Numbered from the stretch's first letter, positions 1 through 9,491 are shown. The stretch is 32,000 bases of DNA from Mycobacterium tuberculosis H37Rv (GCF_000195955.2 NC_000962.3:900001-932000); one strand, 5' to 3'. Notes: generated from the letters alone by a model not told the origin. A program made the numbers and translations.

Positions 1-1330
1 GCGGGACGGCGCGTCCGGTCATCAGCGCGTAATAGTGGTAGAACGAGTTGGTCACCGAGATGTCGGTGTCGGAGCGGAACGGGCTGGCCGCGGTGCGGGC
101 GAATTCCTCCGGGAATTCCCGCTCCATCTCGATCAGCACACTCTTGCGCAACGGTACCGCGGTGTGCTCGAGATGACGGGTAATCACCTGCCCGAACCGG
201 TCGAAGAGCAGCTGCCGGTTTACCCGGGCCGCGTTTTCAAAGCCACTACGCGCTGGGTTGTTGGCGCCGAGCCCGATCCGGGTCTTGGCTTCGATGAACC
301 TGGTGACTCCACCGGGAGAGAAGAACATACTGGCCTTGAGCGGCCGGCCGAAGAACATGTCGTCGTTGGAGTACAAGAAGTGCTCGCTGAGCCCCGGGAT
401 GTGGTGCAGCTGGCTCTCCACCGCATGCGAGTTATAGGTCGGCAACGCGGAACGGTCGGAAAAGTGGTCCTCGGCGCGAACGATGGTGATTTTAGGATGT
501 TCGGCCAACCATGGCGGCGGGGTTGAATCCGTCGCGATGAAGATGCGACGTATCCACGGAGCAAACATGTTCACCGACCGCAGCGCGTATTTCAACTCGT
601 CGATTTGGCGGATCCGCGCTTCGGCGTCGTCGCCCTCGCCCACCACGTACTGCGACATTTGAGCCATGCGGCGCGCCCGGAACTCGGGGTCACTACCGTC
701 CACCCAGGAGAACACCATGTCTATGTCGAACACGACGTCGCTGGCGTGCGGGGCAAACATCCCGTCAAGGGTCGGCCATTTGTACCCGTAGAGTTTGACA
801 TTTGTCGGCGTTATTTCGTTTCGGGGCAGCACTTTGCGGCTAAGCGAGTTTTCGACAGGGCAGCGGATCACCGTCTCCTCGTATACCCAGAATTGCAGTT
901 CCACACCGAACGCCGGGCCGTAGCGAAATCCGCCCGGCGCGATCCGGCGTCGATACAACCGCACGACACGCGGGTCAACCAGCTGCGACAGCCCGTCGGT
1001 GGCGACCAAAACAGGAGAAAGGCCAGGCTCATCAATAGTTTTGGCGTACATCGGTTCGGTTGCACATGCGGCCGCAAGAGCGCGCTCGAGGCCGGCACGT
1101 AGTTCGATGTTGATGGCAAGCACCGGCCGGTTCTTGTGGTTTCGGATCAGTAGATAGGGAATATCAGCCCTGTTTAACACCTTTCGCAGAAAGACCAGAT
1201 CTTCGATCTGGGCCTCCTGGGGGGTCAGGCCGGATTCCAGGCGGGCGATCTTGCCGCGCCGGGTAACGATGATGGGATTCACGGTGCGCTGAGCGGGCCG
1301 ACCGCCGTCGCGCGAAGAGATTTTGGGCAT
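1..1330 (-). CDS. cpsY: Stealth-family exopolysaccharide (hexose-1-phosphate) phosphotransferase, CpsY; 3' end lies off the left edge of the window
   Basis: Reverse-strand translation from ATG (complement of 1328-1330) gives MPKISSRDGGRPAQRTVNPIIVTRRGKIARLESGL...; contains stealth-type motifs FDIDMVFSWVDGSDPEF, LKYALRSVNMFAPWIRRIFIATD and HFLYSNDDMFFGRPL. Confidence 0.93.
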   Translation of the reverse strand, partial: MPKISSRDGGRPAQRTVNPIIVTRRGKIARLESGLTPQEAQIEDLVFLRKVLNRADIPYLLIRNHKNRPVLAINIELRAGLERALAAACATEPMYAKTIDEPGLSPVLVATDGLSQLVDPRVVRLYRRRIAPGGFRYGPAFGVELQFWVYEETVIRCPVENSLSRKVLPRNEITPTNVKLYGYKWPTLDGMFAPHASDVVFDIDMVFSWVDGSDPEFRARRMAQMSQYVVGEGDDAEARIRQIDELKYALRSVNMFAPWIRRIFIATDSTPPPWLAEHPKITIVRAEDHFSDRSALPTYNSHAVESQLHHIPGLSEHFLYSNDDMFFGRPLKASMFFSPGGVTRFIEAKTRIGLGANNPARSGFENAARVNRQLLFDRFGQVITRHLEHTAVPLRKSVLIEMEREFPEEFARTAASPFRSDTDISVTNSFYHYYALMTGRAVP

Positions 1331-1634
1331 CGGGTCACCGCCTTGGGAACTCAGGGAGAAATGATTAGGTCACCGAAAGAATCTCACAGATCGCGGGTCG
1401 GCGCAGGTTGACCGCGCTGGCGCGGGGTCCATACAGAATTGTGCGGTCAAGGCGATAACTCTTGCAAGACACCAGATCTAGCGATCTAAGAACATCGGCC
1501 GGAAACCTGGTTGTTGCGGCCGCGCCATGTCAAGTTCAGTTCGGAACTGGGCTCGCATACAACCCGATCCCAGTCTCAGCAGCGGCGCTTGGCCGCCATC
1601 TGGATGGATCCACCGATTCTTGAGACCCTAAGGT

Positions 1635-2024
1635 ATGAGCGCTCGTGATCGAGTCGATCCGGCGAAGACTCGGCAGGTCGTGTTGGCCCTCGCGGACTGG
1701 TTGCGCGACGAAACGTTGCCAGCACCCGACACCGACGTGTTGGCGGCGGCGGTTCGGCTTACGGCGCGCACGCTCGCTGCGCTGGCCCCTGGCGCCAGCG
1801 TCGAAGTCCGGATCCCACCGTTTGCTGCGGTGCAGTGCATTTCTGGGCCCCGGCACACTCGCGGCACACCCCCCAACGTCGTGCAGACCGACCCACGGAC
1901 CTGGCTCCTGGTGGCTACCGGGCTGTCGGGGGTGGCGCAGGCCCGGGGCAGTGGCGCGCTGCAGCTCTCCGGCTCGCGGGCCGGTGAGATCGAGGCCTGG
2001 TTGCCACTGGTGGATCTCGGCTGA
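1635..2024 (+). CDS. Small conserved actinobacterial protein, sterol-carrier-family-like (129 aa)
   Basis: ORF MSARDRVDPAKTRQVVLALADWLRDETLPAPDTDVLAAAVRLTARTLAAL...; position immediately upstream of purF as in mycobacteria. Confidence 0.75.
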   Translation: MSARDRVDPAKTRQVVLALADWLRDETLPAPDTDVLAAAVRLTARTLAALAPGASVEVRIPPFAAVQCISGPRHTRGTPPNVVQTDPRTWLLVATGLSGVAQARGSGALQLSGSRAGEIEAWLPLVDLG

Positions 2025-2110
2025 TTCCGGCGTGCTGAGCTGCGGCTATGGTGTGTGAGGGTGGCGCCGGGGTGCCCGACACGTAAGCCGAATTCGGCGG
2101 TGCAGACGTC

Positions 2111-3694
2111 GTGGCCGTAGACTCGGATTACGTCACCGACCGCGCCGCAGGGAGCCGCCAAACCGTGACCGGCCAGCAACCCGAGCAAGACCTGAACTCG
2201 CCCCGGGAAGAGTGCGGTGTCTTCGGGGTCTGGGCCCCGGGTGAAGACGTCGCCAAACTCACCTACTACGGCCTGTACGCGTTGCAGCATCGCGGCCAGG
2301 AAGCCGCCGGGATCGCCGTCGCCGACGGCTCCCAGGTGCTGGTCTTCAAAGACCTCGGCCTGGTCAGCCAGGTGTTCGACGAGCAGACGTTGGCGGCCAT
2401 GCAGGGCCATGTCGCCATCGGGCACTGTCGTTACTCCACCACCGGGGACACGACGTGGGAGAACGCCCAGCCCGTGTTCCGCAACACCGCCGCTGGCACC
2501 GGTGTTGCGTTGGGCCACAACGGAAATCTGGTCAATGCCGCTGCCCTTGCCGCCCGCGCCCGCGACGCGGGGTTGATCGCCACCCGCTGCCCAGCCCCGG
2601 CGACGACGGACTCCGACATTCTGGGGGCGCTGCTGGCCCACGGTGCTGCCGATTCCACCCTCGAACAGGCGGCGCTGGACCTGCTGCCCACAGTGCGGGG
2701 AGCGTTCTGTCTGACGTTCATGGACGAAAACACGCTTTATGCGTGCCGCGACCCGTACGGGGTGCGCCCGCTATCGCTCGGGCGTTTGGACCGTGGCTGG
2801 GTGGTGGCCTCCGAAACGGCCGCACTCGACATCGTCGGCGCCTCGTTCGTCCGTGATATCGAACCGGGCGAATTGCTGGCTATCGACGCCGACGGGGTGC
2901 GGTCCACCCGCTTTGCCAACCCCACGCCCAAGGGCTGCGTATTCGAATACGTCTACCTGGCGCGGCCGGACAGTACGATCGCCGGCCGGTCGGTACACGC
3001 CGCGCGGGTGGAGATCGGTCGCCGACTGGCTCGGGAATGCCCGGTCGAGGCCGACTTGGTGATTGGTGTGCCGGAATCCGGCACACCCGCCGCGGTCGGC
3101 TACGCGCAGGAGTCCGGCGTTCCATATGGGCAGGGTCTGATGAAGAACGCCTATGTCGGGCGCACCTTCATCCAGCCGTCACAGACCATCCGTCAGCTCG
3201 GCATCCGGCTGAAGCTCAACCCGCTCAAAGAGGTGATCCGCGGCAAGCGGCTCATCGTCGTCGACGACTCGATCGTGCGGGGCAACACCCAGCGTGCGCT
3301 GGTACGCATGCTGCGCGAGGCCGGTGCGGTCGAATTGCATGTGCGCATCGCCTCGCCACCGGTGAAGTGGCCGTGCTTCTACGGTATCGACTTCCCCTCG
3401 CCGGCCGAGTTGATCGCCAACGCCGTGGAAAACGAGGACGAGATGCTGGAGGCGGTACGGCATGCCATCGGGGCCGACACGCTGGGATACATCTCGCTGC
3501 GGGGCATGGTCGCGGCGTCCGAGCAGCCCACGTCGCGGCTGTGCACCGCTTGCTTCGACGGCAAGTATCCAATAGAGCTGCCCCGCGAGACCGCGCTAGG
3601 CAAAAATGTCATCGAGCACATGCTCGCCAATGCGGCCCGCGGAGCCGCGCTGGGCGAACTCGCCGCCGACGACGAAGTCCCCGTTGGGCGCTGA
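2111..3694 (+). CDS. purF: Amidophosphoribosyltransferase PurF
   Basis: 527-aa ORF (GTG start) with CGVFGVWAPGEDVAKLTYYGLYALQHRGQEAAGIA, the class II glutamine amidotransferase signature, and PRTase motif GKRLIVVDDSIVRGNTQRALVRMLREAGA. Confidence 0.98.
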   Translation: MAVDSDYVTDRAAGSRQTVTGQQPEQDLNSPREECGVFGVWAPGEDVAKLTYYGLYALQHRGQEAAGIAVADGSQVLVFKDLGLVSQVFDEQTLAAMQGHVAIGHCRYSTTGDTTWENAQPVFRNTAAGTGVALGHNGNLVNAAALAARARDAGLIATRCPAPATTDSDILGALLAHGAADSTLEQAALDLLPTVRGAFCLTFMDENTLYACRDPYGVRPLSLGRLDRGWVVASETAALDIVGASFVRDIEPGELLAIDADGVRSTRFANPTPKGCVFEYVYLARPDSTIAGRSVHAARVEIGRRLARECPVEADLVIGVPESGTPAAVGYAQESGVPYGQGLMKNAYVGRTFIQPSQTIRQLGIRLKLNPLKEVIRGKRLIVVDDSIVRGNTQRALVRMLREAGAVELHVRIASPPVKWPCFYGIDFPSPAELIANAVENEDEMLEAVRHAIGADTLGYISLRGMVAASEQPTSRLCTACFDGKYPIELPRETALGKNVIEHMLANAARGAALGELAADDEVPVGR

Positions 3695-3724
3695 CAAAAC
3701 GCACGCGCGGTAGCCTTTATCGCG

Positions 3725-4819
3725 ATGACGGATCTCGCAAAAGGCCCCGGAAAAGACCCGGGTAGTCGGGGTATCACCTACGCGTCGGCCGGGGTCGACA
3801 TCGAAGCCGGTGACCGCGCCATCGACCTGTTCAAGCCGCTCGCTTCGAAGGCCACCAGACCCGAAGTGCGCGGCGGGCTGGGGGGATTCGCCGGACTGTT
3901 CACTCTCCGCGGTGACTACCGCGAACCGGTGCTGGCGGCCTCCAGCGACGGCGTCGGCACCAAACTCGCGATCGCTCAGGCGATGGATAAGCACGACACG
4001 GTGGGCCTGGACCTGGTGGCGATGGTGGTCGATGACTTGGTGGTTTGCGGCGCCGAGCCGCTGTTCCTGTTGGATTACATCGCCGTCGGTCGGATCGTGC
4101 CGGAGCGACTCAGCGCGATCGTCGCCGGTATCGCCGATGGGTGCATGCGTGCCGGCTGTGCGCTGCTTGGCGGCGAGACCGCAGAACATCCGGGCCTGAT
4201 CGAGCCCGATCACTACGATATCTCTGCCACCGGCGTCGGCGTCGTCGAGGCGGACAATGTGCTGGGTCCCGACCGGGTCAAACCCGGCGACGTCATCATC
4301 GCGATGGGCTCGTCGGGTCTGCATTCCAATGGGTACTCGCTGGTCCGCAAGGTGTTGCTGGAGATCGACCGGATGAATCTGGCCGGTCATGTGGAGGAGT
4401 TCGGTCGCACCTTGGGCGAAGAGTTATTGGAGCCGACTCGCATCTACGCCAAAGACTGTTTGGCCTTGGCCGCCGAAACCCGTGTCCGGACGTTTTGCCA
4501 CGTCACCGGCGGCGGGCTCGCCGGCAACCTGCAACGGGTCATCCCGCATGGCCTCATCGCCGAGGTCGACCGCGGCACCTGGACACCCGCGCCGGTATTC
4601 ACCATGATTGCCCAGCGCGGCCGGGTCAGGCGCACAGAGATGGAGAAGACGTTCAACATGGGTGTCGGCATGATCGCCGTCGTTGCCCCCGAAGACACGA
4701 CGCGCGCCCTGGCCGTCCTGACCGCGCGGCACCTGGACTGCTGGGTATTGGGAACCGTCTGCAAAGGCGGAAAACAAGGCCCGCGGGCAAAACTGGTTGG
4801 GCAGCACCCGAGATTCTAA
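3725..4819 (+). CDS. purM: Phosphoribosylformylglycinamidine cyclo-ligase PurM
   Basis: 364-aa ORF; ITYASAGVDIEAGDRAIDLFKP, SSDGVGTKLAIAQAMDKHDTVGLDLVAMVVDDLVVCGAEPLFLLDYIA, GCALLGGETAEHPG. Confidence 0.98.
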   Translation: MTDLAKGPGKDPGSRGITYASAGVDIEAGDRAIDLFKPLASKATRPEVRGGLGGFAGLFTLRGDYREPVLAASSDGVGTKLAIAQAMDKHDTVGLDLVAMVVDDLVVCGAEPLFLLDYIAVGRIVPERLSAIVAGIADGCMRAGCALLGGETAEHPGLIEPDHYDISATGVGVVEADNVLGPDRVKPGDVIIAMGSSGLHSNGYSLVRKVLLEIDRMNLAGHVEEFGRTLGEELLEPTRIYAKDCLALAAETRVRTFCHVTGGGLAGNLQRVIPHGLIAEVDRGTWTPAPVFTMIAQRGRVRRTEMEKTFNMGVGMIAVVAPEDTTRALAVLTARHLDCWVLGTVCKGGKQGPRAKLVGQHPRF

Positions 4820-4904
4820 GAACCAGACCTAACCGGGTCTAATGAGGTCAACGCCACGCCGATGGGAACCGAATCGGCACCGTGCGGGGGGCAGCTCCGT
4901 GGTG

Positions 4905-5087
4905 CTAGCGCCGCCAGTCGTCCTCATCGTTCCACGAGTCGTCGTCCGACGGGCCGTCGCCGTCCAGTCGGTCGGTACCGGTACCTGACAGCTCACGCTG
5001 AAGCCGCTGGAAGTCGGTCTGCGGGGAGCTGTATTTCAATTCTCGAGCAACCTTGGTCTGCTTTGCCTTAGCCCGGCCGCGGCCCAT
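4905..5087 (-). CDS. Small acidic conserved actinobacterial protein, DUF3073-like (60 aa)
   Basis: MGRGRAKAKQTKVARELKYSSPQTDFQRLQRELSGTGTDRLDGDGPSDDDSWNDEDDWRR; typical DUF3073 N-terminus and acidic tail. Confidence 0.9.
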   Translation of the reverse strand: MGRGRAKAKQTKVARELKYSSPQTDFQRLQRELSGTGTDRLDGDGPSDDDSWNDEDDWRR

Positions 5088-5233
5088 GGGGGAACCCCCT
5101 CGCGAAATAACGGAGCGGCCTAACGAGTAGGCGGCTCCGATCTCTGGTGTCGTTTATTGTCCTGCCGACAGTTTACCGTGCCGCCCGGTCGGGCGCGGGG
5201 CGGCCTGCCCGCCGTTACGGAGGGCACGGGTAA

Positions 5234-6340
5234 TCACCGAATACCGCCGCGCAGCCGCTCGACGGCCCGCCGTCCGGCGCCCACATCGTCGGCGGGCGGC
5301 AGCGAGTCGACGTCGATCACCGCGGCAACCTCGGCTTCCGGACCGGTTACCAGGGCGGTGTCGCCCGGCAGACCCCGTTTGAGCAGGGCCAGTGCCACCG
5401 GCCCTAGCTCTACGTGCTCGACCACCGTTCCCAGTCGTCCCACCGTGCGACCGCCGGCCAGCACCGCATCGCCCGTCGACGGCCGCTGCACTGACTCGTC
5501 CAGATGCAACAACACCAGCATCCGGGGTGGTCTACCCAGGTTGTGCACCCGTGCGACGGTCTCTTGCCCTCGGTAACAGCCCTTGTTCAGGTGGACGGCT
5601 CCGGCGCCGGGGCCACCGATCCAACCCACTTCGTGAGGGATGGTGCGTTCATCGGTGTCAACGCCCAGCCGCGGGCGCCTAGCCGGCACCCGGTGAGCCA
5701 CTCGATGGGCTTCATAGGCCCAGATGCCGGCCGGGCGCACACCCGCCTGAGTCAGGCGACGCTGCCAGTCGGCACGATCGCCGCGCTTCACCACCACGTC
5801 CAGTTCGATTTGGCCCGCTAGGCCGTCGGGCATCCGGCGGACAATCCCGCCGCCGGCAAGCGGCACGGCCAGCCACTCAGCGGGCAAGACATCTAGACCC
5901 AGCGCGTCGAGCACTCGTTCCTCAGCCAGCCGCGGCCCCAATAGCGACAACACCGCCATATCAGCGGCACGAGGAGTGACCATCGACCAAAAAACCATCT
6001 TGCGCAAATAGGCCAGCAGCGGTTCACCCCGCCACGGCTCGGTATCGAGATAGGTCGTGCCACCCAGCTCGGTCTGTATCCAGTGATCCTCAACTCGGCC
6101 TTGTCCGTCCAGGCTGAGATTTTGGGTGCTGGCGCCCTCAGGCAGGTCGCTGACGTGTTGTGTGGAGATGCTGTGCAGCCAGGTTTGCCGATCGCCACCG
6201 TCGAGGGTGAGCACGGCGCGGTGCGAGCGATCCACCAGCACGGCATCGGCTTGCCCCGCGCGTTGCTCGCCCAGCGGGTCGCCGTAATGCCAGATCGCAC
6301 CCGCGTCGGGTCCGGGGTCTGGGGCAGGGACTGCGGCCAC
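5234..6340 (-). CDS. Folate-binding YgfZ/GcvT-like protein (Fe-S cluster assembly/repair family)
   Basis: 368-aa ORF with KGCYRGQETVARVHNLGRPPRMLVLL, the KGCYxGQE YgfZ signature. Confidence 0.92.
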   Translation of the reverse strand: MAAVPAPDPGPDAGAIWHYGDPLGEQRAGQADAVLVDRSHRAVLTLDGGDRQTWLHSISTQHVSDLPEGASTQNLSLDGQGRVEDHWIQTELGGTTYLDTEPWRGEPLLAYLRKMVFWSMVTPRAADMAVLSLLGPRLAEERVLDALGLDVLPAEWLAVPLAGGGIVRRMPDGLAGQIELDVVVKRGDRADWQRRLTQAGVRPAGIWAYEAHRVAHRVPARRPRLGVDTDERTIPHEVGWIGGPGAGAVHLNKGCYRGQETVARVHNLGRPPRMLVLLHLDESVQRPSTGDAVLAGGRTVGRLGTVVEHVELGPVALALLKRGLPGDTALVTGPEAEVAAVIDVDSLPPADDVGAGRRAVERLRGGIR

Positions 6341-6404
6341 ACAACAACTCTACGAAAAGCCGCGCTCGGCCTCGTTGACCAGCGTGCAGCTAGGCTGCAG
6401 GGAC

Positions 6405-7292
6405 ATGTTGAGGCAGACGGGCGTGGTGGTCACGCTTGACGGTGAGATCCTGCAGCCGGGTATGCCGCTGCTGCACGCCGATGATCTTGCCGCTGTGCGG
6501 GGGGATGGCGTTTTCGAGACACTGCTGGTGCGCGACGGCCGAGCCTGTCTGGTTGAAGCGCACCTGCAGCGGCTGACCCAATCAGCCAGGTTGATGGACC
6601 TTCCCGAACCGGATCTCCCCAGGTGGCGCCGCGCGGTCGAGGTGGCAACGCAGCGGTGGGTGGCTAGCACCGCTGACGAGGGCGCGCTGCGCTTGATCTA
6701 CAGTCGCGGTCGGGAGGGCGGCTCGGCGCCGACGGCCTATGTCATGGTCAGTCCGGTCCCGGCGCGAGTTATCGGGGCCCGCCGCGATGGTGTGTCGGCG
6801 ATCACGCTGGACCGCGGTTTGCCGGCTGACGGTGGCGACGCCATGCCGTGGCTGATAGCCAGCGCCAAAACACTGTCCTATGCGGTGAACATGGCCGTCC
6901 TGCGTCATGCCGCCCGGCAGGGCGCCGGCGACGTCATCTTCGTCAGCACGGACGGCTACGTCCTGGAAGGCCCTCGCTCGACGGTGGTGATCGCCACCGA
7001 CGGTGACCAAGGGGGCGGGAACCCCTGCTTGCTGACGCCGCCTCCGTGGTATCCAATCCTGCGGGGAACCACGCAACAAGCGCTCTTCGAAGTGGCCCGC
7101 GCGAAAGGCTACGACTGCGACTACCGTGCCCTACGCGTCGCCGATCTCTTCGATTCCCAAGGTATTTGGTTGGTATCGAGCATGACTCTGGCCGCCCGCG
7201 TACACACCCTGGACGGGCGGCGATTACCCCGCACCCCGATCGCTGAGGTGTTTGCCGAATTGGTGGACGCCGCTATTGTCAGCGACCGGTGA
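6405..7292 (+). CDS. pabC: Fold-type IV aminotransferase, 4-amino-4-deoxychorismate lyase-like (PabC)
   Basis: MLRQTGVVVTLDGEILQPGMPLLHADDLAAVRGDGVFETLLVRDGR... VFVSTDGYVLEGPRSTVVI-type BCAT/DAAT fold. Start uncertain: GTG at 6423 is possible, but ATG 6405 has a correctly spaced TANNNT upstream (see findings). Confidence 0.88.
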   Translation: MLRQTGVVVTLDGEILQPGMPLLHADDLAAVRGDGVFETLLVRDGRACLVEAHLQRLTQSARLMDLPEPDLPRWRRAVEVATQRWVASTADEGALRLIYSRGREGGSAPTAYVMVSPVPARVIGARRDGVSAITLDRGLPADGGDAMPWLIASAKTLSYAVNMAVLRHAARQGAGDVIFVSTDGYVLEGPRSTVVIATDGDQGGGNPCLLTPPPWYPILRGTTQQALFEVARAKGYDCDYRALRVADLFDSQGIWLVSSMTLAARVHTLDGRRLPRTPIAEVFAELVDAAIVSDR

Positions 7293-7337
7293 TACGGCAA
7301 CCTCTGTTGTGGTCAGCGCCGGCCATACCGCTCGCCG

Positions 7338-8018
7338 TTATCCGACGAACCGGGACAACCGCGCCGACAGATGTGGTACCAGCCCGCCGTCGGCATCGAC
7401 GCGTTCCTCGACGTAGGCCAGGTCGCCACCTTCGACGATGCCGTAGAGTCGTTTGGCGCCGCCGACCAGAACGCCAGACCGACTGCGGGCCAGCGCATCG
7501 GTCACCAACTCCCACGAGGACTGGGTGCGCGGCCGCCCGTAGAACAGTTCGACATAACCGGCCGAATGCGCCAATAGCAACTCGATCGCCTGAGACTCGC
7601 TCGGATCGTACGGGTCGGCGACGAACCGCCAGAATCCCGCTTCTCGTAAGCCTGGTTCCTGGTAGTCGCCCGTGGCGGTGAGCCGCCAGGACCGGGATTC
7701 CCAATTCAGATAGTCGCCGCCGTCGTGTGACACAACGATCTGCTGGCCGAACCGGTAGTCGCCGTCGGGTCCGCGGCCCTCGCCTTCGCCGCGCCACACG
7801 CCGACCAGTGGCAGCAGCGCCAGCAGTGCATTGTTCAGGTCGGCACCTTCGCGCAGGTTTGCGGTATCTGCGGGAACCGGCAAATCGTCGAAGGCAGGGA
7901 TATTGCGCGCGGCGGTCGCCTTGGCCCGCTCGACGGCAGCGGCGACCGCACGGTCGCCGGAGCCCGCAGCATGGACGCCGCCGGCCCCGGTCGCATCCGA
8001 GCCCGCGCCGGAACTCAC
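7338..8018 (-). CDS. FABP/nitrobindin-like beta-barrel protein (226 aa)
   Basis: [46 protein letters not shown]; GxWxGxGxG motif of the nitrobindin/DUF1794 family. Confidence 0.85.
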
Positions 8019-8113
8019 GACTCGTCGGTAACGAGCCGGTACAGCGTGTACAGCGCGAACCAGGAGATAACCACGGTCGCCAAGACCAGCATGATCTCGA
8101 AGAACAGCACCAC
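8015..8113 (-). CDS. Candidate 32-aa single-pass membrane small protein, translationally coupled to the nitrobindin-like gene
   Basis: Manual reverse-strand translation from GTG (complement of 8111-8113): [32 protein letters not shown]-stop. The TGA (8017-8015) overlaps the GTG start at 8018; TACACT lies 7 nt upstream of the GTG. Confidence 0.6.
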
Positions 8114-8180
8114 GGGGACGAGTGTATGCGGCCGCGGCCGCTTCCGTGGCCCTGGCTCGTCTGGGCCTGATTGGGGCCGG

Positions 8181-8483
8181 TCAGGTGATCTTGACGTCTA
8201 CCTCGTGGATGCCCGCGCCCGAGGGCTGCACCACCGCGTCGCCGTTGCCGGCCGCCGACAGCGCGCGCAGCGTCCAGGATCCGGGCGCGGCGAAGAACCG
8301 GAAATCGCCGGTGGCCGACGCGACGACCTCCGCGGTGAACTCGTCGGAGGAGTCCAGCAGCCGCACGAACGCGCCGCCCACGGCCTGGCCGTCACCGTCC
8401 ACTACGCGGCCGGTGATCACCGTTTCTTTTTCCAGGTCGACGCTGGCCGGCAATGTCAGTCCTTGCTTGGGTCCAGAGCACAT
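8181..8483 (-). CDS. sseC2: SseC2, thiosulfate-sulfurtransferase-associated DUF1416-like protein (100 aa)
   Basis: MCSGPKQGLTLPASVDLEKETVITGRVVDGDGQAVGGAFVRLLDSSDEFTAEVVASATGDFRFFAAPGSWTLRALS..., directly downstream of cysA2. Confidence 0.93.
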   Translation of the reverse strand: MCSGPKQGLTLPASVDLEKETVITGRVVDGDGQAVGGAFVRLLDSSDEFTAEVVASATGDFRFFAAPGSWTLRALSAAGNGDAVVQPSGAGIHEVDVKIT

Positions 8484-8484
8484 A

Positions 8485-9318
8485 TCAGCTTCCCAACTCG
8501 ATCGGGGCGCCCACCAGGGAGCCGTATTCTGTCCAACTGCCGTCGTAGTTCTTGACGTTTTGGTGTCCGAGTAATTCCCGCAACACGAACCAGGTGTGCG
8601 AGGACCGTTCCCCGATTCGGCAGTAGGCAATCGTTTCCTTGCTGTTGTCTAGGCCGGCGTCGGCGTAAAGCTTGGCCAACTCCTCATCGGACTTGAAGGT
8701 GCCGTCCTCGTTGGCGGCCCTGCTCCACGGCACGTTGATGGCACCAGGAATGTGTCCGGGCCGCTGGCTTTGTTCCTGCGGCAGGTGCGCGGGGGCCAGG
8801 ATCTTGCCGGAGAACTCGTCGGGAGAGCGCACGTCGATGAGGTTCTTGACGTTGATGGCCGCCAGGACCTCGTCGCGGAATGCCCGAATCGTGTTATCCG
8901 GCGGGGAGGCGGTGTAGGAGGTCACCGGCCGGCTGACCGGGTCGCTGGACAGCGGGCGTCCGTCGAGCTCCCACTTCTTGCGGCCGCCGTCGAGCAACTT
9001 GACCTTCTCATGGCCGTAGAGCTTGAAATACCAGTACGCGTAGGCGGCGAACCAATTGTTGTTGCCGCCGTACAGGATCACCGTGTCCTCGTTGGCGATG
9101 CCACGCTCGGACAGCAGCTTGGAGAATTGCTGGGCGTCGACGAAGTCACGTTTGACCGGATCCTGCAGGTCGGTGCGCCAGTCCAACTTGATCGCGCCGG
9201 CAATATGGTCACGGTCATATGCACTGGTGTCCTCGTCCACTTCGACGAAAACGACCTTCGGCGCGTGCAGATTGCTCTCAGCCCAGTCGGCGGAGACCAG
9301 GACATCGCAGCGTGCCAT
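8485..9318 (-). CDS. cysA2: Thiosulfate sulfurtransferase (rhodanese), CysA2
   Basis: MARCDVLVSADWAESNLHAPKVVFVEVDEDTSAYDRDHIAGAIKLDWRTDLQDPVKRDF...; active-site loop ETIAYCRIGERSSHTWFVL. Confidence 0.97.
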   Translation of the reverse strand: MARCDVLVSADWAESNLHAPKVVFVEVDEDTSAYDRDHIAGAIKLDWRTDLQDPVKRDFVDAQQFSKLLSERGIANEDTVILYGGNNNWFAAYAYWYFKLYGHEKVKLLDGGRKKWELDGRPLSSDPVSRPVTSYTASPPDNTIRAFRDEVLAAINVKNLIDVRSPDEFSGKILAPAHLPQEQSQRPGHIPGAINVPWSRAANEDGTFKSDEELAKLYADAGLDNSKETIAYCRIGERSSHTWFVLRELLGHQNVKNYDGSWTEYGSLVGAPIELGS

Positions 9319-9491
9319 GGCGGGAATCCTTTCGCATAGTTCGGTGACCAGCGTGGTCAACTGGTTAGGCGGGACGGGGAGTGTTACTGCTTGACTGCTC
9401 CTTGGGACGTCTGTTGCACAGAAACGGCGGGCGACACGCTACGGTGGGGCTCCTAGGCTGCTCTAAGTGCTGCGCGGACGTGCGCGGCTAC

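Noticed and set aside
35-1102. Plus-strand ORFs of 163 and 165 aa opposite cpsY
   Set aside because: Antisense to the clearly coding cpsY frame; no recognisable motifs.
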